A stretch of DNA of 64,000 nt. Source: Phoronis australis. Lineage: Eukaryota > Animalia > Phoronida. The notes below the pieces were generated by a model. It made no database searches, was not told the origin of the DNA, and worked only from the letters and a program-made list of their open reading frames with translations. The DNA is taken from NCBI GenBank assembly GCA_002633005.1, contig NMRA01000011.1, positions 1,705,128 to 1,769,127 on the forward strand. The letters are read 5' to 3'. Positions 1-14,034 of the stretch are shown in pieces (position 1 is the first letter of the stretch; each line of letters opens with the position of its first letter). The position numbers and the translations under genes were made by a program.

Positions 1-415
1 GGGAAGATGTCTGGCTTGAGGCACCATGACTCATGGGGGGGTGAGGGGGTANNNNNNNNNNNNNNNNNNNNNNNNNNNNNNNNNNNNNNNNNNNNNNNNN
101 NNNNNNNNNNNNNNNNNNNNNNNNNNNNNNNNNNNNNNNNNNNNNNNNNNNNNNNNNNNNNNNNNNNNNNNNNNNNNNNNNNNNNNNNNNNNNNNNNNNN
201 NNNNNNNNNNNNNGCTTGAGGCAGCTTGACTCATGGTGAGGGTGAGGGGGTGGGGTAGGTTGTGGGAGTCAGTGTTGCAAGAGTGAGGATGTCTTGCTCG
301 AGGCACCATGACTCATGGGGGGGGGGTTAGGTTGGGTGGGCTAGGAGTGTAACAAGAGTGATCAAGGTGTGTGGCTTGAAGCGGTATGGCTCGTAGTGTG
401 AGGGTGGGTGTGAGA
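1..415 (+). repeat. Degenerate tandem repeat (about 85 bp) derived from the upstream PRPF6 exon end plus donor
   Basis: Units translate as decayed KSEDVWLEAARLM followed by gtgag/ggggg; interrupted by N gap 52-213. Confidence 0.8.
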
Positions 416-744
416 GTAGATGTAGTGATAGGCTGGCGGAGATGTGTTTCCCAAGAATAAAGAAGTCTGGATGGAGGCTGCATAACTATTTGATACTCAG
501 AACTACATATACCTGAGGTGGTGTACAAACTACATGCCCGCTTTACATAGTTAACGCCTGCTTTTGAAGTCAAGGTAGATGGGATATTCTGTTGTTGGAA
601 TTACATTGTTACTGAGGTTGTCAGTACTATTAAATTCTTCTTTTGGCATACACGAATTCCTTCTTCTTTGACTATTTATTGGCCATCAAATTACCTTTGT
701 CCATTCTTGACTGTTCAAATCTGTCTCCTGTCATTTGTGCACAG

Positions 745-866
745 CCAGGTGACCAAGCCAAAGCTGTGGTGACTCAAGCGGTACGACAGCTCCCTCACTC
801 AGTCAGGATTTGGATCAAGGCTTCATCACTTGAGACAGAATCAAAGGCAAAGAAAAGAGTGTTCAG
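745..866 (+). CDS. PRPF6: PRPF6 exon (PGDQAKAVV...KKRVFR)
   Basis: acag|CCAGGT acceptor, AG|gtta donor; matches PGDTAKAVVAQAVRHLP. Confidence 0.93.
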
Positions 867-1105
867 GTTAGGGTGCTTTGTTTTTTAAATTTGGCACTTC
901 TTAACAAGGTTTTCAACTTCTCAAAATTAAAGAGAACAGACCCATTCTCGACCACGTAGAATGTGCACACAAATGACCAAAGGTTATTGAAAGGCCTGTT
1001 TCTGTACGTGTGTGGTGGGGGTTGAACAGACTAGCTCGTTTGATGCAATTCTGATAATCTTTTCAAGAATGAGTAAACTTAGTGCACTAAACAATTGCTT
1101 TGATT

Positions 1106-1280
1106 TTATACAGGGGGTTTATCAGTTATTGAGGAGTGCATTATACAAGGGGTTTATCAGTTATTGACTTGTGCATTACTATACAAGGGGTTTATCAGTT
1201 ATTGACTGGTGCATCATTATACAGGTTTTTTTCAGTTATTGAGTAGTGCATTTTTATGCAGGGGGTTTAATCAGTTATTA
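1106..1280. repeat. Intronic minisatellite, about 35 bp x 5
   Basis: Repeated tatacaaggggtttatcagttattga..gtgcat. Confidence 0.85.
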
Positions 1281-1461
1281 TGCCAATAGAAATAAGTTAC
1301 TAAGAGTTCCTTGCAACAAGACAGGTCATTTGCAATAATTATGAAACTAATCGCTCTATATTCTGACAGAAAAGCTTGAATGCAAGTAAAATCTATAAGC
1401 TTGATTTGTTAATCAATGAGTTATCCTTGCCTTGCAATAAATTTTACTTTCCCCCATGTAG

Positions 1462-1585
1462 GAAAGCTCTGGAACAGATCCCCAACTCTGTTCGTCTGTG
1501 GAAGTCAGCTGTGGAGCTTGAGAATGAGGAGGATGCTAAGATCATGTTGAGCCGTGCTGTAGAATGTTGCCCCACTAGTGTTGAG
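1462..1585 (+). CDS. PRPF6: PRPF6 exon ([14 protein letters not shown]...CCPTSVE)
   Basis: tag|G acceptor, GAG|gtatgt donor; conserved sequence. Confidence 0.95.
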
Positions 1586-2265
1586 GTATGTTGAGACGAA
1601 AGGCTTATTTCAGGCAGTGTTATTGACCTATCATGTTTCACACCTGTATTACCTTTACTTGTTACCATGACCTTTACATCATGCTGGTTTTTTGTACCTT
1701 TGAGAATGGCAGGTGTACCTTGAAACGTGTCAGGAAAATGAAGTTGTGTACTATTTGGCTATTTTTTAAACGTATGACGGTGCTTCTGCTGAACAGGTAT
1801 TTTGTAAATTAATAAGATAGTCACGAACAGGGTTCGTGTATGTTGTGCACCTCTGGCTGTTGACATATTACAACTCAGATCACAAACATTTGTCCATTAA
1901 AAGTTGGTTAGAAGCATCATTGGCTAATAATTATTAGAAGCACCAGTGGCTAATAGTCATTCTGCTATCATTCATAAGTTGGATAATAAATTTTTTTAGT
2001 TTCAGTTGAAACATGGCAGTTGTGTTCTTTAGCATATTTGTGTCCCTCTGGCCAGATAGCACCAAACTAATTTATCCTCTGTTGCCTTGACAGCAGCAGC
2101 CATTGTTTGAAAATGGCAGCGGGACATTTGATAACAATTTGATTACACTGTAGTTATCTAGTGTATAACAGTTATGTTACTGATCCCACTTTTTATTCCC
2201 TGAAAGGTATTGCTCACAACATAGTGCAGAACAACTTACAATTACTATCTGTGGGTCAATTTCAG

Positions 2266-2428
2266 CTGTGGTTAGCTCTGGCCAGACTTGAGTCGTATGA
2301 CAACGCTCGAAAAGTACTGAACAAGGCACGTGAGAACATCCCCACTGATCGCCAAATTTGGATCACTGCAGCCAAGCTTGAGGAAGCAGCGGCCAGCTCT
2401 CACATGGTGGACAAAATTATTGAAAGAG
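2266..2428 (+). CDS. PRPF6: PRPF6 exon (LWLALARLE...KIIER)
   Basis: ttcag|CTG acceptor, G|gtgaac donor. Confidence 0.95.
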
Positions 2429-3013
2429 GTGAACTTGTCAGTCTACTTGTTAGAGGTTGTAACTGCTATTGAGTTTTTACAAGTTTTTAAGAAAAATAGT
2501 TTCCTTCATCCTTGTCCTCAAATGTTAATAAGAATTCAAAACCCTTCTATGCAGATAATCTTTTCTGCAATTCATAAGTGGCATGACCCTCTCCCTGTTA
2601 TCTTGTTTTGTTATCCTGACTTGGGCGTCTATGCATAGATGACCTCCTCTTTTCACTGTTGCTTAAATCAGGTATTGTAAGTTGACTCAGTTCTTGCATA
2701 AAAATCCCAGTCACAAATATTAATGGTGAGAAGAAATTCACCAGAGACTGAGAATTGAATCAGAAACACAAGAAGTGGATTAAATTCCAAAATTGGTTTT
2801 GGAATTTTATTTCCCGAATGCTGATCTTCGTGATCTTGAATTGGATGTCCAATTATTGTTTTGTGGATAATGAGTTAGGAGATGTTCTCCACACGAGTCG
2901 ATCCACTAAAACTGAATCACTTAAGTCATGATCTGCATTTTGCCTGCTCTAACTGTCTTGGGCCAGGGTTTTGTTCGTTGCACTTGACCAGTCTGCGTTC
3001 TCTCTGTTGACAG

Positions 3014-3122
3014 CTCTGGCCTCACTTCGGGCCAACATGGTGGAGATCAACAGAGATCAGTGGATCCAGGATGCAGAGGATGCTGAGAAGGCAGGTAGTA
3101 TTCACACCTGCCAGGGAATTAT
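3014..3122 (+). CDS. PRPF6: PRPF6 exon ([22 protein letters not shown]...TCQGI)
   Basis: gacag|CT acceptor, AT|gtgagt donor; absent from the ORF track, translated by hand. Confidence 0.94.
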
Positions 3123-3410
3123 GTGAGTAAAGGTCAATGGTTACTGAGTAATGTGACAGGGCATTATGTGAGTATGGGTCAGAGGTCACTGAGTAATGTG
3201 ACAGGGCAATATGCGAGTATAGGTCAGAGGTCACTGAGTAATGTGACCGATCATTATGGGAGTATAGTTCGGAGGTCACCGAGTATTGTAAGAGGCCATT
3301 ATATGAGTATAGTTGGAGGTCTATGAGTATTACTAGAGGACATTTTGTGAGTACAGGACAGAAGTCACTGTGTATTTTGACAGGGAATCATGCGAGAAAA
3401 AGTTGGAGGC
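3112..3410 (+). repeat. 45-bp minisatellite (about 6.5 units) starting inside the PRPF6 exon end and containing the donor
   Basis: Unit cagggcattat|gtgagtatgggtcagaggtcactgagtaatgtga. Confidence 0.9.
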
Positions 3411-3607
3411 TGCAATCGTATTCTTTAAGTTGAAGTTGCACCTATATGCAAAGCATTTTGGTGAGACTTGTCAAGTTTACTTAATCCTTTAACATTATGA
3501 CATGATTTGTGAATAAAATGGTTGTGAAGGGGAACAAGTCAAAAGAAAATTAGTGGCAGGTGACTGAAAATTCAGTAATGAGTGTCTAAAAATAATTTTT
3601 TTTTCAG

Positions 3608-3677
3608 TCGGGCTGTGATTGGCATCAATGTTGAAGATGAAGACAGAAAACACACATGGATGGAGGATGCTGAGGCG
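3608..3677 (+). CDS. PRPF6: PRPF6 exon ([23 protein letters not shown])
   Basis: tttcag|T acceptor, GCG|gtaaga donor. Confidence 0.94.
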
Positions 3678-4281
3678 GTAAGAGGGCTTGGTGAAATATT
3701 GAGGTGATAAAGGGACTTGGTGAGGTGTTGAGGTGATGAGGGGCCTTGGTGAAATATTGAGGTGATAAGGGGACTTGGTGAGGTGTTGAGGTGATAAGGA
3801 GACGTGGTGAGATGTTGAGGTTATAAGGGGTCTTGGTGAGGTATTGAGGTGATTAAGGGGTCTTAGTGAAGTATTGAGGGGTAAGAGGACTTGGTGAAAT
3901 ATTGAGGTGATAAGGGGATGTGGTGAGGTGTTGAGGTGATAAAGGGGGTCTTAGTGAAGTATTGAGGGGTAAGAGGACTTGGTGAAATATTGAGGTGATA
4001 AGGGGACGTGTTGAGGTGATAAGGGGTCTTAGTGAAGTATTGAGGGGTAAGAGGACTTGGTGAAATATTCAGGTGATAAGGGGACTTGATGGAATATGGA
4101 GATGATAAAGGGTCTTGATGATGTATTGATGGTAAGGGGACTTGGTGAAATATTGAGGTGATAAAAGGGGACTTGGTGAAGTATTGATGTGATACGGGGA
4201 CTTGGTGAAATATTGATTGAGGGGTAAGGGGACTTGGTGAAGTATTGAGGGGATTTTGGGGCTTGGTGATGTATTGAGGTT
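3668..4281 (+). repeat. About 29-bp G-rich minisatellite (about 20 units) starting at a PRPF6 exon/donor junction
   Basis: Unit tgaggtgataaggggacttggtgaaatat, with variant tgaggggtaagaggacttgg. Confidence 0.92.
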
Positions 4282-4472
4282 GCAGAGAAAAAGTAGATAT
4301 TTTCCCATAATATCTTTTCTGAATTCACAAGAAATTCCAGTTGTACTTTCTACGTTCACATGTTAAGCTTGCTTATGTTTTACAGATCCATACAGCATGC
4401 CAGCAGTGTTAAGCATTTTATATCACGATGTTCTTGATAATCTGTGGCATTCAATTGCTATATTATTTGTAG

Positions 4473-4594
4473 TGCGCAGCCCACGAAGCATACGAATGTG
4501 CCCGTGCTATTTACGCGCACGCTCTGACTGTGTTCCCCAGCAAAAAGAGCATATGGTTGCAGGCTGCTTATTTTGAGAAGAACCATGGCACAAG
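4473..4594 (+). CDS. PRPF6: PRPF6 exon ([14 protein letters not shown]...EKNHGTR)
   Basis: gtag|TGC acceptor, AG|gtagga donor. Confidence 0.94.
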
Positions 4595-5221
4595 GTAGGA
4601 ACATAAAGGTTATGTGAGACATCAGGAAAATGCCCAAATTTTGCTTACTTCTGATCATCATATTTAGGAAAGGGAAGATTGGATTCATGTGATCTTTTCA
4701 GAATCTATGGTTTTTACAGTTCTCCGAAACGATGTTAGGAACGTAGCGCTAAAGTGCTTTATTTTTTAATGAAGGCTATCAAAAACTAGACTTGTATGAC
4801 TTTTATGAAAAAACTAAAGTTGCATAAAACGAATTGATATTTTCGAAAACTAACTTTGAAGTGTTTTTGAGATCTCATCTTGATTTATTATTATTTATAT
4901 CAAATAAAATTTCGTCATGTTATCGATACTGTTGTTTTGCTGAAAATGCACCTTAATTCTTTTTTATTCCTAAATTTGACTAAGCCACAGTCATGCAACC
5001 GAACTGGCCGTAGATCAATAAAATGCCAAAAGTCAAATTCTACTGGCTTCATACTCGCACAAAATATATACTTTTAGTGAGTTAAAGTCTATAGTTATGC
5101 AGCTATTTAGTTAAATAGTTAATAACTCAGAACAACAAATTTGGTTAAAGCAATACAACGGAATGGAATGTTGTGTAATAAAACATGTACATAATGTGAC
5201 ATACACCAACATGGATTGTGA

Positions 5222-6762
<1,541 letters not shown>

Positions 6763-7912
6763 CTCATCATTTTGGCTGTATGTACCCATAATTAAAATGT
6801 TGTCTTTATTTTGAAATTTCTATTGAAATAACTAGCAACTGTCAACCAATAAGAGTGACATTTTCTTTTGGAATAATTCTAGGTGAATTTTGTAAGTGTT
6901 ATTCACAACACTGTTCCATTGTCGTGGTCACTTGACCATGTGTTTTGGTAAGAATGTTGCTTTGTTTTAAATGGATTTCCAAAAGCACCATGGGTTATCA
7001 TATGGAAACGCCAATTTTAACAAAGTCATTTTGCATCCACAAAAAGCTCCTAGGAGTGGACGTTTTCAGAAACCTTTATTTCGCCCCACATCATCCTCAT
7101 TCAGCAGTGGGCTTAAAAAAGGTGAATGAGTGAGTAAGGAGCTGCACTTGATAATTGACAATTATATGTCATTTAGTTTGGTTTTACCTAAATTTTATTT
7201 TTTCTTTTTATTTACTGTGGGTGATAGAAGCATACAACTATTGAAATCAAGTAACAGCTGTATCCTTGAGCTCGTTGTCGGATGAACTCTAATCACCAAT
7301 GCCTTCTTCATCCGTCTCCTACTGAGGGATTACTGAATACCTTTAATGCATAGTTTGTCCTCTTGTTAGTTACCTGTACTGTCACAGGAAGTCCAAGAAA
7401 CACCGGTCATAGGGTTAAGATATCAGCCAGGTTTCACTTTATCGGCAGCATGACTCTTGTAAGGCAATCCTTGGCATATTTTAAAGAAATTTGGAAGTTT
7501 TTATGTAGAGAGACGGCAGCACCTCCCCATTTTTGGATTGGTTTGACGTTTTCTGCGCCATCTGATGGCCATTTTTATGATACTAAATGACACCCTTAGA
7601 AGCATACTGTTTGCGGTGCAGTCATGGGTGCGATTCAATGCTCCACGTTGCTCTTAAGATATTTAAAATAACCTGCCATTGATGTAGTCTTGACTTTCAG
7701 ATCTTCCTCTGAGTGCTGGAAATGTACATGTACTGGTTCTAGTTGTTATTGTCTCATATGGTTCTCAAAATGTTGGATTGTTTTCAGTCTCAATGTCTGT
7801 TGATGTAAACTGTTGGACTAAACCAGTTTAACAACATGCAGTATCCCAACGTTTGCATTTGACGTGATCCCATCTACTTACCTAAGATCTTGTGTATTGA
7901 CACACTTACTAA

Positions 7913-8179
<267 letters not shown>

Positions 8180-9437
8180 TAGATCATAGCCGTCTTCCAT
8201 ATACACAAGGCTCTATTGCTGCCCAATTTTCCGTGACTTTGCTTTTTTTACCTGACTGTTTCATTTACAAAATCCTGCTGTCCAGTTGCTGTTTAGTCTC
8301 ACTGCCAGCCATCTTGTTAGTATTTGGCTATCAAGGTTTTGTACTTGTCTGCCAAACACCAACAGTTTGCTGTGCACATTAATTAGACAGTACGATTGTG
8401 TGTGGTCTTTTAAAGCCTGCAAGATAGCAGACGTTTTACTGAGTGGAATTATTCTCTTCTTATCTGACGTCTGCACATGAGTCAACATGCTCTGCAAACA
8501 TAACACGACATTTACGAAAACGTGCTCAGACTCGTGTTGTGTTTTGTTGTACTAGTACGCTGACACTTCAGCAGTTATCTGAACAGTTTGATTTGCTCAT
8601 TCTGAGCCGTGTTACACATGTCACAGTCTGATACTTACATAAATGAGATGGACTGACTGTGAAAAGATTGTCATGGCATTTTCTGGAAGTCATTGTCATT
8701 ATTACCTCTTTAATAAGAGTAGGTGTCAGATACATATTTGATATGTTCATGAAGACTAGCTGACAGCTACTTTACAGGTAGTGATTTCCTTACTGAATGA
8801 CTTCTTTTGGCTGATATGTACTATTCAGTTGTTGAGAAACCCTGGTATGTATTTTGTTGTTTTCAAAACACATGCTAAGCAAATTACATAAAGCTTACAG
8901 TATTATTTTTGTTACAAATACAACGATTTTCTGTAAATCACTTGACCACATTAATTTGCCCAAAGAAGATAACATTGCTCGTTTTGAGATGCTAGTTTCA
9001 TGATTCCTTGTTGCTTACTCTTGTAGATTGGGCCTGTGCTTAAATTTCCCTTGGTCTATTCACTATAGTCCTTAAATGTCCCCTTACTTAAAGCAACTTC
9101 ATTAAAATTTGTTAAAAAATTTTCAAAAGCAGAATACATTGAGGTCTTAAGCGCCATATGTAATGAAGTATTAAATAATAAATACACACCTGTGGATGAT
9201 TATGTTTTAACGTTAGAATGCCACCTTATATCAACAAATTTAAAATACTATGCCCTGTACCTTTGTCATTGCATGTGACAGAAACGACCACAGCCTATTG
9301 CCATGTGGTGATGAACCACTAGAGTACAGACAGACATATCTGAATCTCTAATCAACCAGTTTACAAGTTAGTGAGACTACTAACACTAATAAATGGTATC
9401 CATTAAAAAGCTCCAAGTGAAACACAGAGTGTGACAC

Positions 9438-10108
9438 TCACTATTATCAGTGTTCATTCATATGTCCAGTAATTCCTGGAATTTCTCAACATTGTCCGTG
9501 TTCATTCATATGCCTGGCAACCCCTGCAGCTACTCTCTATTGTCAGTGTTCATTCATATGTCGGGTGATGCCTGGTACTTCTCACTATTGCCAGTGTTCA
9601 TTCATATGCCTGGCAACTCCTGCTGCTACTCACTATTATCTTACTGTTAATTCATTTGCCCCGCAGTGACTGCAGCCACTCACTTTTGTCAGTGTTCATT
9701 TATATGTCAGGTGATGCCTGGTACTTCTCACTATTGTCAGTGTTCATTTATATGTCCAGCAACCCCTGCTGCTACTCAATGTTGTCATTGTTCTTTTATG
9801 GGCTTGAAAACCCTCACAGCTTCTGACCATTGTCAGTGTTCGTTCATGTGCTTGACATCCCCTGCAACTACTCACTATTGCCAGTGTTCATTCATTTGCT
9901 GGACAACCCCTACAACTTCTCACTATTGCCAGTGTTCATTCATTTGCTGGACAACCCCTACAACTTCTCACTATTGCCAGTGTTCATTCATTTGCTCAAC
10001 AACTGCAGCTACTTACTATTGTCATTGTTCATTCATATGCTCGACAACCCCTGCAGCTACTCAATGTTGCCAGTATTCATTCATATGCCTGGCAACCCCT
10101 ACAGCTAC
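9438..10108. repeat. 48-bp minisatellite (about 14 units) running from the GPCR stop codon into its 3' flank
   Basis: Unit cactattgccagtgttcattcatttgctggacaacccctacaacttct; gives the spurious 16-aa-periodic ORFs. Confidence 0.9.
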
Positions 10109-10667
10109 ACTGGCACAACTTGGCTACATCACTTCTGAACACCTTCTTAGCCAGGCTGTAAACAAATGCATTTGTGCAGTTGTTGAAAAAGAACATGTAG
10201 CTTACAGCTGGGTAGTAGGATATAACATGGACTGCCTGAAGACCATATGGCACCCACGATAGTATGAAGACTGCTGTCACACCGAATAGCATCGTGGCAG
10301 TGCGCGCTTGAGACATTGTCTTCGCTTGCACTTTACGTTCATTTTTCATGCCCAAGTTGTCAGGTGCCAGGCCTCTAACCACACTGTGACGATTTACCTC
10401 TTCACCTGCAGACATCTTGGGTGGTGGTTTCAATGATTCAATGGTTGTCTTGACCATGCCCTCATTCTTCTCCGATTGTCTCCTCTCGTACTTTATCCCG
10501 CATTCTAATGGCTGGTTGAAGAAAAAGTTGTTTTCTTGCCGTTTAGGTCTTGAATTTCTACCATCTTTAACGGTGTTACTATTTGCCATACTGTATAGGT
10601 CTGGTGCTGAACAGACAGTGGCAACATGTCCTTTCTCTTCACTGTGACTCTGGCCACTTGTATTACC
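10077..10667 (-). CDS. Class A orphan GPCR, coding exon 2 (ICL3, TM6-TM7, tail)
   Basis: ttctccag|GGT phase-0 acceptor; TM6 FILSWVPY, TM7 NNCTNAFVY, helix-8 KVFR; joined product about 440 aa. Confidence 0.88.
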   Translation of the reverse strand, partial: GNTSGQSHSEEKGHVATVCSAPDLYSMANSNTVKDGRNSRPKRQENNFFFNQPLECGIKYERRQSEKNEGMVKTTIESLKPPPKMSAGEEVNRHSVVRGLAPDNLGMKNERKVQAKTMSQARTATMLFGVTAVFILSWVPYGLQAVHVISYYPAVSYMFFFNNCTNAFVYSLAKKVFRSDVAKLCQCSCRGCQAYE

Positions 10668-11436
10668 CTGGAGAAAGTGAATGAACAAGATGAAAGTTAC
10701 TTTGTACATGACCTTTGTCAAAAAGGTTAAGGTGAATTAGGTTATTAATTCTTGATAAAATCACACAGTCTGGCAAAGAACAGTGAATAATTTTTGATTT
10801 TTTGTTAAAACATCTTTTTTGTGTGTGTTTTAGCACTGTGAAGTTGTTTGTGCTGACAGTAACCTTTAAAGACTAATAGCACAGCGCCATCTGTAGTGTT
10901 GGATTTGGTGACTTCAGGTTGTGTTTGGCTACCCTGAAAATATCTCAAGTCTCCACCAAATGGCCACAGCAATTAGCAAAGCCAGACAATAATTCACCTG
11001 AAATACACTTCAAATTTTTTGGTGACGTCCAAAGTTTTAATACTATTTTTTCTAGATACAATATCTTTGGTGCACAATTGTTTCATTTGTTTCGTGAACT
11101 CGGTGCATTTGCTATGCTGACCAGTCAGTATATCAAACTTGCACTAAAATTGCAACAGGAAGTTAACAAATGGAAGTTGATTTTTTTGGCAAAATCTGTC
11201 CATGAAAACACATGCCTCCAGTGTTTCTGATCATCTGTGTTCTGAATACTGCGTTACTCATCAAGTGCGTGTGTAATGGAATAGAAGAGGTAAGCGTAAT
11301 TGTAATTTTAAATAATGGCGACAGCGTCACAACCTATTTTTGGCTGTCGACTTCCGACCTCAGTTTTCATTTGGTAAGCCGCATTTGACGAGTTAGCATT
11401 CAGCTAAGCGTCGAACACTGAATATGGTCCCTTTTG

Positions 11437-11601
11437 GTGTGTGACCCACACCCTGATACCATGCAGTTCATCAATATAGTCCATGTTTTGGTGTGTTACC
11501 CACACTGTGATACCATGTGTGACCCACACCCTGATACCATGTGTGACCCACTCCCTGATACCATGTGTGACCCACACCTTGATACCATACAGTTCATCAG
11601 T
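11437..11601. repeat. 24-bp minisatellite (second copy at 13540-13704)
   Basis: Unit gtgtgacccacaccctgataccat. Confidence 0.85.
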
Positions 11602-12671
11602 TGCTTTGACTGGAAGAATCACCATCACCAACTTTAATTGTTTCAGTTTGAAGTTAGCATCTTAAGCTTGACCTAATTAACATTGCATTGTTCTTCAACG
11701 AGGCCACCATTAGCCAAATAACGCTGCCTTTTCATTACGGCCATTTAGCAATTATAAAACTGGTGTTACATATTTTGTCATGTAAAGTTACCCATTACAC
11801 CAAGCCAGCATATTGAGGTTTGTCTTCAACATTGAAGATATGCCTGTAATTTCCGAAACCAGATGTCACTTGCAGTCTGAGTGAGGAATAATTTAAGGCC
11901 AATTCTAATAGGACATTTAAGGTTATGTAGGTCCTTAAGTATGAGAATTGCCAACATCATATCTCAGAGATGACTGATTGGACTCATATGAAACCTTCAG
12001 ATGTTCTGCTTTATACACAGTTCTTAAAAATGCTGTCAGGAATTTTTTTTTAAATGTTCCGCTTTTGCATGAGGTACAGTCAAAAATGAAAAATCTTTAA
12101 ATATGTATAAAACAAAAACAAAATATTTTAAAAAACTGGAAGTGGTTATGATATAAGAACATCGATATCAAATAAAATTTGATCATTTTATTGTATCAGA
12201 TACCGTTGTTTTGCTATCTTTTTAGTAAAAAGACATAATCACGTGACCCACCTAACAACAGATTGGTAAAAAGTCAAAAACCAAATTCCATAGGCTTTGT
12301 CCTTTTGGAAAATTTAATATACTTTTACTGATCTAAATTAATAGTTTTTTACAAGATACTTTGCTAAATAATGTCAGAAATGTTGTTAAAATCCTGCATG
12401 ATCTTAAGTGGTTTCAGCTGTTAGTTACTGATGGGAGGTCACAAGTCATGGAAGCTGCTACACACTCTAAGCTGTTCCTTATGGCTTTATCATCATTACA
12501 TCATAGTAAAATTATGCTGTTCAAAAACGAGGCTGTTCAAAAACAAGGTCAAATGCAGATGATTGGCAAATCTTTTAGGTGATCACAATACTGTGATTGC
12601 ATAATTTTCAAGAAATGCTGCTTTGAATATATGATTAGACTGCGGCAAAAGCGACATCATTATCAAATTAC

Positions 12672-12977
12672 CTTCTGGAACTCGTGGTTTTGTCTGCCAT
12701 CTTGCACACATTTCTTTGAGCGTATGATCACTTGAAGGACAGTCAGGTAGACACATCCATACAGAACCAATACACTAGCAATGATGGTTAGAAACACAAC
12801 CACCAGGAATATTCCGTAGTGTTTCTTCAATGTCGTAGTGTTGTCCACGAAACAGTAATCCTCACTTGAATCATTGTCATGATATAGTTTTTGTTTAAAA
12901 GGGGCTGGTATAGCACAGATGGAAGATACTACTGAAACCGTGGCAACCATAATTTTTGACGTACGTCTGGAGAATAT
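12672..12977 (-). other. Second, gap-truncated copy of the 3' part of GPCR exon 1 (probable allelic duplicate)
   Basis: Nearly identical to 14035-14340 (M to T difference in MVA[M/T]VSV); ends at the N gap. Confidence 0.8.
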
Positions 12978-14034
12978 NNNNNNNNNNNNNNNNNNNNNNN
13001 NNNNNNNNNNNNNNNNNNNNNNNNNNNNNNNNNNNNNNNNNNNNNNNNNNNNNNNNNNNNNNNNNNNNNNNNNNNNNNNNNNNNNNNNNNNNNNNNNNNN
13101 NNNNNNNNNNNNNNNNNNNNNNNNNNNNNNNNNNNNNNNNTAATACTATTTTTTCTAGATACAATATCTTTGGTGCACAATTGTTTCATTTGTTTCGTGA
13201 ACTCGGTGCATTTGCTATGCTGACCAGTCAGTATATCAAACTTGCACTAAAATCGCAACAGGAAGTTAACAAATGGAAGTTGATTTTTTTGGCAAAATCT
13301 GTCCATGAAAACACATGCCTCCAGTGTTTCTGATCATCTGTGTTCTGAATACTGCGTTACTCATCAAGTGCGTGTGTAATGGAATAGAAGAGGTAAGCGT
13401 AATTGTAATTTTAAATAATGGCGACAGCGTCACAACCTATTTTTGGCTGTCGACTTCCAACCTCAGTTTTCATTTGGCAAGCCGCATTTGACGAGTTAGC
13501 ATTCAGCTAAGCGTCGAACACTGAATATGGTCCCTTTTGGTGTGTGACCCACACCCTGATACCATGCAGTTCATCAATATAGTCCATGTTTTGGTGTGTT
13601 GCTCACACTGTGATACCATGTGTGACCCACACCCTGATACCATGTGTGACCCACTCCCTGATACCATGTGTGACCCACACCTTGATACCATACAGTTCAT
13701 CAGTTGCTTTGACTGGAAGAATCACCATCACCAAAGTCAGAAATGTTGTTAAAATCCTGCATGATCTTAAGTAGTTTCAACTGTTAGTTACTGATGGGAG
13801 GTCACAAGTCATGGAAGCTGCTACACACTCTAAGCTGTTCCTTATGGCTTTATCATCATTACATCATAGTAAAATTGTGCTGTTCAAAAACGAAGCTGTT
13901 CAAAAACGAGGTCTAATGCAGATGATTGGCAACTCTCTTAGGTGATCACACTACTGTGATTGCATAATTTTCAAGAAATGCCGCTTTGAATATATGAGTA
14001 GACTGCGGCAAAAGCGACATCATTATCAAATTAC

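Noticed and set aside
9666-10262. 198-aa Cys-rich ORF resembling a metallothionein or keratin-associated protein
   Set aside because: Translation of a 48-bp minisatellite; begins at GTG and overlaps the GPCR antisense.
12663-12977. Tandem GPCR paralogue
   Set aside because: Nearly identical including intron sequence and bounded by an N gap; most likely an uncollapsed haplotype.
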